Positions 7,672-18,424 of a stretch of DNA of 64,000 nucleotides are shown piece after piece. A program made the position numbers and the translations under genes. Numbering within the stretch: the first letter of the stretch is position 1; each line of letters opens with the position of its first letter. A model generated the notes under the pieces. It saw only the letters and a list, made by a program, of their open reading frames with translations. It did no database searches and had not been told where the DNA came from. The stretch comes from Firmicutes bacterium UBA5766 (GTDB lineage: Bacteria; Bacillota; Desulfotomaculia; Desulfotomaculales; Nap2-2B): NCBI GenBank assembly GCA_002418775.1, contig DIEU01000033.1, positions 125-64,124 of the forward strand, read 5' to 3'.

Positions 7672-9069
7672 ATGTATTTTTTCGCGCTGGCGATATTCCT
7701 GCTTACCTATGCGGTTATCATCTCTGAAAAAGTCCACCGCACAATTGCGGCTTTAATAGGCGCCGGTTTGTTTATGCTTTCAGGCGTTCTGACTATTGAA
7801 GACGCTATTGAATATATTGACTGGAACACTATCGGCCTGTTAATCGGGATGATGATTATTGTAGGTATTACACGCAACACGGGAGTCTTTGAATATCTTG
7901 CCGTAAGAGCGGCCAAGATGGTAAAAGGGAACCCCGTTAAGATCATGATGGCCTTGGCTACAGTCACGGCCGTAGCTTCCGCCCTTTTGGACAATGTAAC
8001 AACGGTCTTGTTGATTGTGCCGGTAACCTTCGCCATTGCCAGACAGTTGAAGGTCAATCCCATTCCTATTCTGGTGACTGAAATCATTTCCTCAAATATT
8101 GGCGGCACTGCCACGCTGATTGGCGACCCGCCGAATATTATGATTGGCAGCTCGACTGGACTCGGGTTTATGGATTTTGTATTCAATTTGGCGCCCATAA
8201 TAGTAGTAGTCTATGTAATTACGATTACCCTGCTTATCCCAATCTACAGGAAACACCTGGTAACAACGCCGGAACTGCAGCAGGGCATCATGAAAATGGA
8301 CGAAAAGGAAGAATTAAAAGATGTTTCTTTGCTTAAAAAGTGTTTGATCGTTCTGGGCTTGACTATTTTAGGATTTGTCATTCACCAGTACATTCACCTG
8401 GAATCATCGGTTATTGCCCTCAGCGGCGCCAGCCTGCTTTTACTTTTGTCCAGCCGTCATGACCCGGAACAGGCCCTTCATGCGGTCGAATGGCCGGTAA
8501 TTTTTTTCTTTGCCGGTTTGTTTTTGGTTGTCGGAGGTATTGAGAAGGTCGGAATCATTGAAGCTATTGCCCGCTTTGCGATTGACGTTACAAACGGAAT
8601 GATGGTTCCCGCAGGTTTGCTGATCCTGTGGGTTTCGGCAATTGCCTCGGCTTTTGTTGACAACATACCGTTCGTTGCTACAATGATACCCCTGATTAAG
8701 GATATGGGCCAACTGGGCATGTCGGGCGACTTAAACTTTTTATGGTGGTCATTGTCCCTGGGCGCCTGCCTGGGCGGCAACGGAACGATTATCGGCGCCT
8801 CGGCCAATGTAGTGGTAGTCGGGATGGCTGAAAAAAGAGGATCAACAATCACTTTTATAAGTTTTATGAAAGTAGCTTTTCCGGCAATGCTTATCTCCAT
8901 AGTCTTAAGTACTGGTTATATGCTTTTCTGGTACCATTATCACGGGTTGGTTTCCTTACTGGGCACACTGGGGTTGGGTGTTGTCCTTGCAGTAATTACA
9001 ATTCCAATAAACAACTCCTTGAGCAAAACGGCAGTTAGTGAAAAAGGATCTGTCAAGGGAAAACGATAG
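7672..9069 (+). CDS. ArsB/NhaD-superfamily ion permease, paralog 2
   Basis: 465 aa. FALAIFLLTYAVIISEKVHRTIAALIGA and LLDNVTTVLLIVPV are typical of this family. An AGAGGTG RBS is present. Confidence 0.75.
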   Translation: MYFFALAIFLLTYAVIISEKVHRTIAALIGAGLFMLSGVLTIEDAIEYIDWNTIGLLIGMMIIVGITRNTGVFEYLAVRAAKMVKGNPVKIMMALATVTAVASALLDNVTTVLLIVPVTFAIARQLKVNPIPILVTEIISSNIGGTATLIGDPPNIMIGSSTGLGFMDFVFNLAPIIVVVYVITITLLIPIYRKHLVTTPELQQGIMKMDEKEELKDVSLLKKCLIVLGLTILGFVIHQYIHLESSVIALSGASLLLLLSSRHDPEQALHAVEWPVIFFFAGLFLVVGGIEKVGIIEAIARFAIDVTNGMMVPAGLLILWVSAIASAFVDNIPFVATMIPLIKDMGQLGMSGDLNFLWWSLSLGACLGGNGTIIGASANVVVVGMAEKRGSTITFISFMKVAFPAMLISIVLSTGYMLFWYHYHGLVSLLGTLGLGVVLAVITIPINNSLSKTAVSEKGSVKGKR

Positions 9070-9168
9070 AATTCTTAACCATTGAATTAATAAAATGGTA
9101 TCGAAATACATGACCAGGCAAATAAGCGGTGTGGAAGAGCGTCAATCTTTTGCAGGCCGGCTTTTTTC

Positions 9169-9198
9169 TTGACATAAAAACGGTATTTTTTGTATAAT
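9169..9198 (+). promoter_or_regulatory. Sigma-A-type promoter for alaS
   Basis: TTGACA (9169-9174), an 18-nt spacer ending in TG, then TATAAT (9193-9198). Confidence 0.6.
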
Positions 9199-9296
9199 TG
9201 CCTCTAGAAAAGCACTTTAAGTAAAAAGAAATCAGGAAATGAAGGAAAGCCGGCAATTGCTCTTTAAGGGCCGGCTTCATGTTTGGAGGTTAATGG

Positions 9297-11936
9297 ATGA
9301 CAGGGAAGGAGATCAGAAATAAATTTTTAAAATTCTTCGAAGAGCGCGGGCATCTTGTTCTGCCAAGCGCCTCTTTAATACCTGTAAACGATCCCAGTAT
9401 TCTCTGGACAGCCGCGGGTATGGTACCGTTTAAGCCTTATTTCACAGGCGCAGCTGCTCCTGTTGCCCGGCGGATTACTACCTGTCAAAAATGCCTGCGC
9501 ACACCTGATATTGAATCTGTCGGCATGACATCCAGGCACCATACTTTTTTTGAGATGCTGGGCAATTTTTCCTTCGGTGATTATTTCAAGGAAGAAGCAA
9601 TTCCCTGGGCCTGGGAATTTGTAACCGGTGTTTTAAAGTTCGACCTTTCCAGGCTATGGATAAGCATTTACCTTGACGACGATGAATCTTATCAGATATG
9701 GACTCAAAAAGTTGGAGTTCCGGCTGAGCGAATCGTCCGGATGGATAAGGATACAAATTTCTGGGAAATAGGAGTCGGGCCATGCGGTCCCTGTTCGGAA
9801 ATATATATCGATTTGGGCAGGGACCGGGGCTGTGGTTTAAGCAGCTGTGGTGTGGGGTGCGATTGCGACCGCTTTTTAGAGATTTGGAATCTGGTCTTTA
9901 TCCAATATTTCCGTGATGAAGCAGGGAATTATCCACCTTTAGCCGTAAAAGGAATCGATACCGGGATGGGCTTGGAAAGGGTAGCTTCAGTATGCCAGAA
10001 CGTTTCCACAAACTTTGACACAGACCTGTTCCGTGTAGTAATTGATTTTATTGCGACGATCGTAGGCAAAAAATATGGCGCAAACAGAAAAAATGATTTA
10101 GCTTTAAAAGTAATTGCCGATCACTGCAGGGCGGTTACTTTTGCCGTAGCTGACGGTGCTTTCCCCTCGAATGAAGGCCGGGGTTATGTGATCAGGCGCC
10201 TTCTTAGAAGAGCAATGCGCTTTGGACGGCTCCTTGGCGTTGAAAGGCCTTTTTTATCACAGGTGTCGGAAATTATTATCAACCAGATGCACGATATATA
10301 TCCCGAGCTTGCAAAAAACAAGGACAACATACTTTCAATAATTCTCCAGGAGGAAACCCGCTTTGCGCAGACTCTTGTCCAGGGCCTTGACATGCTGGAA
10401 AGTTTAATCCGCAAGGCCAGGGCGGCCAACACAAATTCAATCGACGGGGAAGATGCGTTCCGCCTTTACGACACTTACGGTTTCCCGTTTGAACTTACTA
10501 AGGAAGTGGCTGCCGAAGCAGGTATTGATCTTGATGAAGACACTTTTTACAAAGCTCTTGAAGAACAGCGCCGGCGGGCGCGTAAATCCAGACAGGAAAC
10601 GGAGTATTTATCAGAGGACAAAGCTTTTTATAAAACAATCAGGGAGCGTTTTGGAGAAACCGGATTTGTGGGATACGAGTTATTAGACTCTGAAAGCCGT
10701 GTTTTATCGCTTGCGAAAGAAAGAAGGTCCGTAAAGGAAGCGTTTAAGGGCGAGGAAATAGAATTAGTCCTGGATGTGACACCTTGTTATGCGGAATCAG
10801 GCGGTCAGATTAATGATCTGGCTGTAATTACGGGTCCTGGCTGCAGTATTGAAATTTTTGATGTTCAAAAGCCCGTGGAAGGCATCTACGTGCATTACGG
10901 AAAAGTAAAAGAAGGAGTAATCAAAGAAGGCGATCTTGTAAGTGTCCATATAGACAAGGCCAGGCGAATGGATACTGCCAGGAATCATTCAGCCACACAC
11001 CTGCTTCATAAAGCTTTAAGAACTGTGCTGGGAGACAATGTTAATCAGGCGGGTTCGCTTGTCCTGCCCGAACGCCTCAGGTTTGATTTTACATATCCGC
11101 GTTCTGTGTCTGAAGACGAGCTCGCCCGGGTTGAAAATATTGTAAATGAAACCATATTATCAGGTCTGCAGGTTGAAACATCAGTTACTTCCTTTGACAA
11201 AGCCAGTTCTTTAGGGGCTACGGCATTGTTTGGTGAGAAATACGGCGCTGAAGTACGGATGGTAAATATCGGCGGATACAGCCTTGAGCTGTGCGGCGGC
11301 ACGCATATTAAAAATACGAATGAAATCGGGTTATTCAAATTATTAGGCGAAAGCAGTATCGGCGCCGGATTAAGGCGTGTGGAAGCCGTCACCGGAAAAG
11401 GAACGTTTCAATACATGACTGCCTTAAACGATCAGATAAACAGGATCAGCGGCATTCTTAAGACGGCGCCGGGAGAACTGGCGCACAGAGTTGAGAATAT
11501 AATTACGGAAATAAAAGAACTTGAGCAGCAAAACGAGCAACTCCGCTCACGTCTGGCATATTACCAGGTTCAGGCAATGCTTGCAGATGTCAAAGATCTT
11601 GACGGAATTAAACTTTTAACGGCCAGAACTGAAGCAGGGGATATGGACGATTTGCGTTCCATGGTCGACCTGCTGCGCGACAAACTGCATTCAGGAGTAA
11701 TTGTTTTGGGAAGTCAGTCGGGAAACCGGGTAAATCTGGTTGCCGCCGTAACAAGGGATTTATTGCCCCTTGGTTTGCATGCTGGTAAGCTTGTCAAGGA
11801 ATTAGCCTCAATAATAGACGGCGGAGGGGGGGGGAAACCGGAAATGGCGCAGGCCGGCGGAAAAGATCCCGCGCGGCTTCAGGAAGCGTTGGACAGGGTT
11901 TCTTTAATTATTCCAAGACAATTGAATATTACATAA
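9297..11936 (+). CDS. alaS: Alanine--tRNA ligase
   Basis: 879 aa. Class II motifs HHTFFEMLGNFSFGDYFK, the editing-domain HSATHLLH, and the C-terminal DHHA1-type tail GGGGGKPEMAQAGG. Confidence 0.97.
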   Translation: MTGKEIRNKFLKFFEERGHLVLPSASLIPVNDPSILWTAAGMVPFKPYFTGAAAPVARRITTCQKCLRTPDIESVGMTSRHHTFFEMLGNFSFGDYFKEEAIPWAWEFVTGVLKFDLSRLWISIYLDDDESYQIWTQKVGVPAERIVRMDKDTNFWEIGVGPCGPCSEIYIDLGRDRGCGLSSCGVGCDCDRFLEIWNLVFIQYFRDEAGNYPPLAVKGIDTGMGLERVASVCQNVSTNFDTDLFRVVIDFIATIVGKKYGANRKNDLALKVIADHCRAVTFAVADGAFPSNEGRGYVIRRLLRRAMRFGRLLGVERPFLSQVSEIIINQMHDIYPELAKNKDNILSIILQEETRFAQTLVQGLDMLESLIRKARAANTNSIDGEDAFRLYDTYGFPFELTKEVAAEAGIDLDEDTFYKALEEQRRRARKSRQETEYLSEDKAFYKTIRERFGETGFVGYELLDSESRVLSLAKERRSVKEAFKGEEIELVLDVTPCYAESGGQINDLAVITGPGCSIEIFDVQKPVEGIYVHYGKVKEGVIKEGDLVSVHIDKARRMDTARNHSATHLLHKALRTVLGDNVNQAGSLVLPERLRFDFTYPRSVSEDELARVENIVNETILSGLQVETSVTSFDKASSLGATALFGEKYGAEVRMVNIGGYSLELCGGTHIKNTNEIGLFKLLGESSIGAGLRRVEAVTGKGTFQYMTALNDQINRISGILKTAPGELAHRVENIITEIKELEQQNEQLRSRLAYYQVQAMLADVKDLDGIKLLTARTEAGDMDDLRSMVDLLRDKLHSGVIVLGSQSGNRVNLVAAVTRDLLPLGLHAGKLVKELASIIDGGGGGKPEMAQAGGKDPARLQEALDRVSLIIPRQLNIT

Positions 11937-11989
11937 AAAGCATATAACATAAAAGCATAAAGGGAATTAAAAAAGGGGGGGTAAAAGAC

Positions 11990-12247
11990 ATGGCCGAAAA
12001 ATTTTCTGAGCACACAGTAATGTTTAACAAGGCCAAAGTCGAAAAAAACAAGGCGAGGGAAATACTGTTCAAGGTATGCGAGTCATTAAAAGAAAAAGGA
12101 TATAACCCCATAAACCAGCTTGTGGGTTACCTGATTTCCGGTGATCCGGCATATATTACCGGTTATAACAACGCCAGGAACCTGATCCGCCAGCTGGAGA
12201 GGGACGAGCTGCTGGAAGAACTCGTCAGACATTACCTGGAATTATAG
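11990..12247 (+). CDS. ireB: IreB-family regulatory phosphoprotein (UPF0297)
   Basis: 85 aa. [22 protein letters not shown] is the UPF0297 signature. The position after alaS is conserved. Confidence 0.85.
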   Translation: MAEKFSEHTVMFNKAKVEKNKAREILFKVCESLKEKGYNPINQLVGYLISGDPAYITGYNNARNLIRQLERDELLEELVRHYLEL

Positions 12248-12263
12248 TGAAAGGACTGCCGTC

Positions 12264-13211
12264 TTGGAGTATCGCAATTTAGGAAACACCGGTATCCTGG
12301 TTTCCAGATTATGCTTTGGGGCGCTTACGATAGGCCCTTTTCAGGCGAACCTTGAAATTGAGCAGGGCGCCAGGGTAATCCGTCATGCGCTTGAATCAGG
12401 CGTAAACTTCATTGACACTGCTCAGCTGTACGCCACTTATCCTTATATCAGAAGAGCTATTGAAGGTATAAAAAATAAGGTTGTCATAACTACAAAATCA
12501 TACGCTTATACAGCTGAAGATATGCGCGGCAGTCTTGAAGAAGCCCTTCGTTCAATCAACCGGGATTATATTGATATTTTTTTATTGCATGAGCAGGAAT
12601 CAATTTTAACCATGAAAGGCCACTGGGAGGCTGTCGAATATCTTGTAAAAGCCAAAAAAGAAGGGCTTGTAAGGGCAATAGGCATATCCACACATTCAGT
12701 CGAAGCGGTCAGGGCCGCTTTTTTGATTCCGGAGTTCGAAATTATTCACCCTTTAATAAATATGTCTGGTATAGGGATTAAAGACGGGACCCGGGAGGAA
12801 ATGCTGGCTGCTATTCAAGAGGCGGCGTTATATGGCAAAGGACTATACGGTATGAAAGCCCTGGGTGGAGGAAACCTCCTGGACCAGGTGGATCAAGCCC
12901 TGGATTTCGTTATTTCCATACCCCAACTGGCTTCCATAGCACTGGGAATGTCAAGCGTCTGGGAAGTTGATTTCAATGTGTCGTATTTTTCTGGCAGGGA
13001 AATAAAAAAAGAACTGCGTGAACGTGTGAGCAGACAAAAACGCAGGCTGCTGATTGAAAGTTGGTGTACAGGCTGCGGGCAGTGTATTCAAAAGTGCGAT
13101 CTCGGAGCAATTAAATTGGTTGGAAACAGACCGGTTGTCAATCAGGAAATCTGCCGTCTGTGCGGATACTGCGGGTCGGCATGTCCGGAGTTATGCATCA
13201 GGGTCGTTTAA
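12264..13211 (+). CDS. Aldo/keto reductase with a C-terminal 2x[4Fe-4S] ferredoxin-like tail
   Basis: The AKR N-terminus is MEYRNLGNTGILVSRLCFG. The C-terminus carries CTGCGQCIQKC and CRLCGYCGSACP. TTG start. Confidence 0.8.
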   Translation: MEYRNLGNTGILVSRLCFGALTIGPFQANLEIEQGARVIRHALESGVNFIDTAQLYATYPYIRRAIEGIKNKVVITTKSYAYTAEDMRGSLEEALRSINRDYIDIFLLHEQESILTMKGHWEAVEYLVKAKKEGLVRAIGISTHSVEAVRAAFLIPEFEIIHPLINMSGIGIKDGTREEMLAAIQEAALYGKGLYGMKALGGGNLLDQVDQALDFVISIPQLASIALGMSSVWEVDFNVSYFSGREIKKELRERVSRQKRRLLIESWCTGCGQCIQKCDLGAIKLVGNRPVVNQEICRLCGYCGSACPELCIRVV

Positions 13212-13225
13212 TGGAGGTTTACTCT

Positions 13226-13654
13226 TTGCGCATTATGGGCCTGGATGTAGGTGAAAAAACTATCGGTGTCGCAGTAAGCGATCCTTTGGGCTGTATAGCC
13301 CAGGGGATTAAAACTATCTTACGCGGCGGTCCTGAATCGGAGGATATTAAAAACATAAGAGAACTAATCAGGCAGTATGATATTGAATTAATCGTCGTTG
13401 GTTTGCCGCGCAACATGAATGGTACCTTGGGTGCGCAGGGGAATAAAATAATTAAGTTTGTGGAGAAGCTAAAGGATAACCTTAATATTCATATTGAAAC
13501 CTGGGACGAGAGGTTAACTACTGTAGCAGCGGAAAAAATGCTGCTTACCGGAAACGTCAGCAGGGCAAAGCGTAAAAAAGTTATTGATAAACTGGCTGCG
13601 GTAATCATACTGCAAAATTATCTTGATTTCCGTTATAATTTCCCGGTGACTTAA
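13226..13654 (+). CDS. ruvX: Holliday-junction-resolvase-like nuclease RuvX (YqgF)
   Basis: MRIMGLDVGEKTIGVAVSD is the canonical N-terminus. TTG at 13226 lies 8 nt after GGAGG (13213-13217). The tracked 13160 start overlaps the upstream gene. Confidence 0.9.
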   Translation: MRIMGLDVGEKTIGVAVSDPLGCIAQGIKTILRGGPESEDIKNIRELIRQYDIELIVVGLPRNMNGTLGAQGNKIIKFVEKLKDNLNIHIETWDERLTTVAAEKMLLTGNVSRAKRKKVIDKLAAVIILQNYLDFRYNFPVT

Positions 13655-13731
13655 AAATGTGTTATGTCTGGGATATTTTCTTGACAAATGTCTGCCATTC
13701 AGAATAAGCTTACAAAAAAGGAGTGATCCAG

Positions 13732-14019
13732 ATGACCAATGGTGAATCGGAAGAGGAACGCGTCATAACTCTTATAGACGAGAATGGCGAGGAAGAAGAT
13801 TATGAGGTAATTGACATTGTAGAAATGGAAGATACTCAATATGCCGTCCTTTTGGCAGTTGAAGAAAATCCTGATGAGGACAGCGAGGGCGAAGTAATCA
13901 TATTGAAATTCAGCAAGGACGATACCGGCAGCGACGTCCTTGTAACTATTGAAGATGACGAGGAGTGGGAAAGAGTAGCTGACGCCTGGGAAGAAAAACT
14001 TGTCGACGAAGCTGAATAA
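13732..14019 (+). CDS. DUF1292 (UPF0473) acidic protein
   Basis: ITLIDENGEEEDYEVIDIVEMEDTQYAVL. The position after ruvX is conserved. ATG at 13732 follows AAGGAG. Confidence 0.8.
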   Translation: MTNGESEEERVITLIDENGEEEDYEVIDIVEMEDTQYAVLLAVEENPDEDSEGEVIILKFSKDDTGSDVLVTIEDDEEWERVADAWEEKLVDEAE

Positions 14020-14071
14020 ATACAGTCGTTAATGCTTATCCAGTCCTTTTTTTATCGGGAGAGGAAAATAA

Positions 14072-15562
14072 ATGAAGCTTCATTTTCCCGCTGTTATCTT
14101 ACTGTTTGTAATAATCATCGTAGTAAGTGGTTTGGGAGCGAATTATGTTTCTGCCAAAACAGACAGAGTCATTCCGGGAATTGAAGTACGCAACCTTAAA
14201 CTCCAGGGTTTGAACCACGGGGAATGTTTAAAGGTATTAGAGCAGTTGCAGAATAAAATGCTTGCAACATCTATAACGCTCAACTGTGAGGGACACAAGC
14301 TGGTTATCCCTCTGCGAGACCTGGACTTCGGCATAGATATACAGGCAACCGCAGATGATGCTTTAAGTATTGGCAGAACCGGCTCTTTTTTCAGCAGGCT
14401 GAAAAAAAGGATACTGGTCAGAGAGTTCGGTTATGAACTCCCCTTAAGACTGGTAATAAACAAGAATAAATTTGAGCAAAAATTAACGACATTTAATTCA
14501 GCCATTGGCAGCCCTGCAAAGGATGCTGCCTTTCGTGTAATTAAAGGAGATCGCATTGAGGTTGTTCCCGGCAATAACGGGACAGGTGTGAACATTGAGG
14601 ATGCCTATAAGCAGCTTGTGGATTATCTTGTTAAAAATAGCGGCAAGCCGGAAATCGATTTAAACCTGGTCACAGTCAAACCGAAACGCATGACCGAGAT
14701 GATTGAATCTATGGGACTTAAGGGCCTTCTTGCTTATCATACAACCTCTTTCGATCCTGGCAACGTTGGACGGACATATAACATAAGGGTTGCCGCGAAT
14801 GCGCTTGATGGCCTGCTGGCGCCGCCCGGCCAGGAAGTGTCATTTAACAAGGTTGTCGGACCCCGAAGCACTGAAGCCGGGTATAAAAACGCAAAGGTTA
14901 TTATTAACAACGAATTTGTTGACGGCGTTGGGGGAGGAGTCTGTCAGGTAAGCACCACTCTCTATAACGCCATAATACTTAGCAACCTTGAAATTCTTGA
15001 ACGCACAAATCATTCACTGCCAATCCCGTATGTGCCGATTGGGCGTGATGCGACTGTCGTATATGGTTTGTCAGACTTAAGGTTTCGCAATAACACGGAA
15101 AGTTTTATCTACATCAGGTCCTTTGTCAGCGGGGGGTATTTGACATTCAAAGTATATGGCAACACAGATTATAAAGTACCGGTCAGCATAAGCACAAAAA
15201 CTGTTAAAGTATATGAGCCGGAGACGATTCTTAAAGATGACCCCAATCTGAAAAAAGGTGAGCAGGTTGTCAAGCAGCAGGGATCTAAAGGATATGAGGT
15301 GGTTGCAAACCGGATAACCTGGGAAAAAGGCGCCCGGAAGACAGAACCTTTACCAAAGAGTATTTATCGCGCCGTGAATAAAATAATCGCTGTGGGTATC
15401 AAAGAAGAAGATGAAGTTCCGGTTATATTGCCGCCATATACAGATCTCACTGAAATCTATCAGCCGCAGCCGTCAAATCAGGATCCACCACATCAGTTTC
15501 CGGACAGTAATAGTCCTCCTGCAGAAAATAGCCCGGGGCAAGAGGAGATTACCAGTGACTAG
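14072..15562 (+). CDS. VanW/YoaR-family protein with N-terminal TM helix and G5-like domain
   Basis: VanW core GGGVCQVSTTLYNA. The G5-like segment is KKGEQVVKQQGSKGYEV, and the C-terminal tail is Pro-rich. Confidence 0.8.
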   Translation: MKLHFPAVILLFVIIIVVSGLGANYVSAKTDRVIPGIEVRNLKLQGLNHGECLKVLEQLQNKMLATSITLNCEGHKLVIPLRDLDFGIDIQATADDALSIGRTGSFFSRLKKRILVREFGYELPLRLVINKNKFEQKLTTFNSAIGSPAKDAAFRVIKGDRIEVVPGNNGTGVNIEDAYKQLVDYLVKNSGKPEIDLNLVTVKPKRMTEMIESMGLKGLLAYHTTSFDPGNVGRTYNIRVAANALDGLLAPPGQEVSFNKVVGPRSTEAGYKNAKVIINNEFVDGVGGGVCQVSTTLYNAIILSNLEILERTNHSLPIPYVPIGRDATVVYGLSDLRFRNNTESFIYIRSFVSGGYLTFKVYGNTDYKVPVSISTKTVKVYEPETILKDDPNLKKGEQVVKQQGSKGYEVVANRITWEKGARKTEPLPKSIYRAVNKIIAVGIKEEDEVPVILPPYTDLTEIYQPQPSNQDPPHQFPDSNSPPAENSPGQEEITSD

Positions 15563-16613
15563 TATTTATGAAAGAGAAAGAAAAGCACGCAGGAAAATAC
15601 TAAATTATAAAAAAGCGGCCTCTTGTTTATTATTAATAACGTCTCTAATATTAGTATCTTTTTATTTATCCACTAAAAACCTGTTAGCGCCGGTAAACCC
15701 TTCCGGCAAAATCGAAAATATTCAAGTTACTGTTCCCCCAGACGCTACAATCGCCAGTATCGCTAAATCACTGTCTGAAAGCAAGCTTATTAGAAGTTCT
15801 TTTGCTTTCGTTTTATATACGCGTCTAAAAGGTTTAGACAGCCGTCTTAAAGCAGGAGAGTATCTATTTGAGTCTAATCAGTCAACTCCTGAGATTATCA
15901 ATCAGCTTGTTGCCGGAAGAGAGACGTACTACAGGGTAACCATTCCGGAGGGTTATAATATTAAACAGATTGCGGGACTTTTAAACAACAAAAAAATCAT
16001 TAGCAGGGAAGCCTTATATGACGAGATTAATTCAGGAACATTTGATTATGATTTTTTAACTGATTACCCGGATGTACAAAACAAATTGGAAGGTTACCTC
16101 TTTCCTGATACCTATTTTTTCAGCAAGGAGACAACCGCACATGGCGTTATCGAGATGATGCTTCATCGCTTTGCAGAAAAAATACAGGCCTTGGATTATC
16201 AACAAAAAGCGCAGGAAACGGGATTTACACTTCATCAGGCTGTAACTATTGCCTCTATGGTTGAAAAGGAAGCAAGGTCATCAAAAGAGCGTCCCATAAT
16301 AGCAGGGGTAATTAAAAACCGCCTGAGCAGGAAAATGCCATTACAGGTAGACGCAACAATTCAATTTGCCCTTGGTCGTCAGGAACCAAAAATATATTAT
16401 AAAGACCTTGAAATTGACTCTCCTTATAACACATACATAAACACCGGACTTCCTCCCGGACCTATTGCTTCTCCCGGGGAAGCGTCGCTTCTGGCTGCTG
16501 TAAGCCCCGTAAAAACTGATTACCTTTATTATGTCGCCAAATCAGACGGCACGCACGCCTTCGCAAAAACCCTTCAGGAACATATAGCAAATATGAATAA
16601 ATACCAGCATTGA
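15555..16613 (+). CDS. mltG: Endolytic murein transglycosylase MltG (YceG-like)
   Basis: GTG at 15555 lies 7 nt after AGAGGAG. Features are an N-terminal TM helix, the catalytic region TIASMVEKEA, and YNTYINTGLPPGPIASPG. Confidence 0.9.
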   Translation: MTSIYERERKARRKILNYKKAASCLLLITSLILVSFYLSTKNLLAPVNPSGKIENIQVTVPPDATIASIAKSLSESKLIRSSFAFVLYTRLKGLDSRLKAGEYLFESNQSTPEIINQLVAGRETYYRVTIPEGYNIKQIAGLLNNKKIISREALYDEINSGTFDYDFLTDYPDVQNKLEGYLFPDTYFFSKETTAHGVIEMMLHRFAEKIQALDYQQKAQETGFTLHQAVTIASMVEKEARSSKERPIIAGVIKNRLSRKMPLQVDATIQFALGRQEPKIYYKDLEIDSPYNTYINTGLPPGPIASPGEASLLAAVSPVKTDYLYYVAKSDGTHAFAKTLQEHIANMNKYQH

Positions 16614-16677
16614 TGTATATAACCGGATGTTTTCTGGCCATTCTGTACTTAAAGTAAGTAATTAAAAGGAACAGGAA

Positions 16678-18369
16678 ATGAATCTTTCGACCGGAAAACG
16701 TGTGGTTTTTTTATTTTACTTTTTTATGATCCCTTTTCTTCTGCTTTTATCCCGTTTATATTTTATCCAGGTTGAAAAGGAAGACTATTATATGGCCAAA
16801 GCAATCAGGAGTGAAACACAGACAGTTCCCTTAGAGGAATTTCCCCGCGGGGATATCCTGGACCGAAACATGTATCCATTAACCGGACCTGTTGCTTCCA
16901 ACCGGCTGATTGTTTTTCCTCTATTAATAAAAGATCCTGATTTGCTGTCAAAAGAACTTGCTGCAGTTTTAAAAGTCGATCGTAACAGCCTTTTGCCTGC
17001 CTTAAGTAAAAATCCATGCGTACTTCCTTATAAGATAACATCATCTGCCGCCAAGGCAATTCAGCAGATGAACTGGCCGGGTGTGCTAGTCTTGCCTGTA
17101 ACACAGCGCTATGGAGCGGAACCGTTAGCGGTCCAGGTAGTTGGCCATCTTGGCAAGATCCAGACGAAAGAAGAGCTTGGCTTAAAAAACAAAGACGGTT
17201 TCAGGATTGACGACTGGGTAGGGAAGACTGGACTTGAATTATTTTATAATAATGAATTAATGGCCAGCGCTGCCGGCGGCTACGCCAGAATTTATACGGA
17301 CGCCCGTTCTAAATTCCTCGAAGGGCTTGGTGTTGAGGTTAATTACAATCACATAGACGGCGGCAGGGTAAACCTTGTCACAACCATAGACTCAGACATA
17401 CAGCGGGTTGTTGAAAAAATTATGAACGAACACATTAAAAACGGCGCTGTTATAGTGATGGATGTAAAAACAGGTGACCTTCTGGCAATGGGAAGCCGTC
17501 CAAAATACAATCCCGATCCTCTTAAAATTGAGGAATATTTGAATGGAAATCCGGAGGCCTTTTTAGACCAGTGCACAATGCTTTTTACGCCTGGATCGCT
17601 TTTTAAAATTGTTACAGCCTGCGCAGCCTTACAGGACGGCTGCGTTGCGGAGGATGACTATTTTTATTGCCAAGGTTTAAAAGAAAAACCTATACCTTGT
17701 TGGAACAAGTTCGGACATGGCCGAATATCTTTCAGGGATGCTTTTGCACAGTCCTGCAATCCTGTCTTTGTTGAAACAGCCGAAAAATTGGGCGCAGAAA
17801 AGCTGATTGCCTGCGCAAAAAGTTTTGGCCTTGATAATCAAAAAATAATTGGCTATGACATCCCTTATGATAAGCGACAGAACCTGAATCTTATTGCATC
17901 TCCATATAACCTTGCCAACAGCAGTGTCGGACAGGGACCCGTACTGGCGACACCTGTTCAAATCTCAGTTATGATGAACACAATCGCCAATGATGGTGTC
18001 TATATGCAGCCGAGACTGGTCAGGGAACTCCAAACGAACGACGGGGTTATTAAAAGCTCTTTTCCCGTCGGTGAAGGATCCCTGGCAATTTCTCCGCAGA
18101 CAGCTTTAGAATTAAAAAAACTGCTGTCTCTAGTAACCACGGAAGGCATCGGCAGGGAAGCGTATGTTAAAAAATATGGCAGCGCCGGTAAAACAGGGAC
18201 GGCACAGTTAGGAGAAGAAGAAAAGGGTGTTTATTACTGGTTTTGCGGCTATGCTCCTATTGATCAGCCAAGGTATGTAGTTACAGTCCTGGTGAAGGAA
18301 GGAATAAAAGACGGACAAACCGCCGCTCCGGTTTTCAGGGAGATCATGGACCGGATATTAACACAGTAG
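16678..18369 (+). CDS. Class B penicillin-binding protein (PBP2/SpoVD/FtsI-type transpeptidase)
   Basis: SxxK (GSLFK), SxN (SCN) and KTG (KTGTA) motifs plus an N-terminal TM anchor. Confidence 0.9.
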   Translation: MNLSTGKRVVFLFYFFMIPFLLLLSRLYFIQVEKEDYYMAKAIRSETQTVPLEEFPRGDILDRNMYPLTGPVASNRLIVFPLLIKDPDLLSKELAAVLKVDRNSLLPALSKNPCVLPYKITSSAAKAIQQMNWPGVLVLPVTQRYGAEPLAVQVVGHLGKIQTKEELGLKNKDGFRIDDWVGKTGLELFYNNELMASAAGGYARIYTDARSKFLEGLGVEVNYNHIDGGRVNLVTTIDSDIQRVVEKIMNEHIKNGAVIVMDVKTGDLLAMGSRPKYNPDPLKIEEYLNGNPEAFLDQCTMLFTPGSLFKIVTACAALQDGCVAEDDYFYCQGLKEKPIPCWNKFGHGRISFRDAFAQSCNPVFVETAEKLGAEKLIACAKSFGLDNQKIIGYDIPYDKRQNLNLIASPYNLANSSVGQGPVLATPVQISVMMNTIANDGVYMQPRLVRELQTNDGVIKSSFPVGEGSLAISPQTALELKKLLSLVTTEGIGREAYVKKYGSAGKTGTAQLGEEEKGVYYWFCGYAPIDQPRYVVTVLVKEGIKDGQTAAPVFREIMDRILTQ

Positions 18370-18424
18370 CATCTTAATGCAGTGGAAATTGTTAACCAGG
18401 TGATTTCATGTTACAATACATTAC

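Noticed and set aside
9199-9296. T-box riboswitch expected upstream of alaS
   Set aside because: The leader after the predicted promoter is only about 100 nt. It contains a single hairpin (AAGCCGGC ... GCCGGCTT). It has no specifier-loop or T-box sequence and no U-tract terminator.
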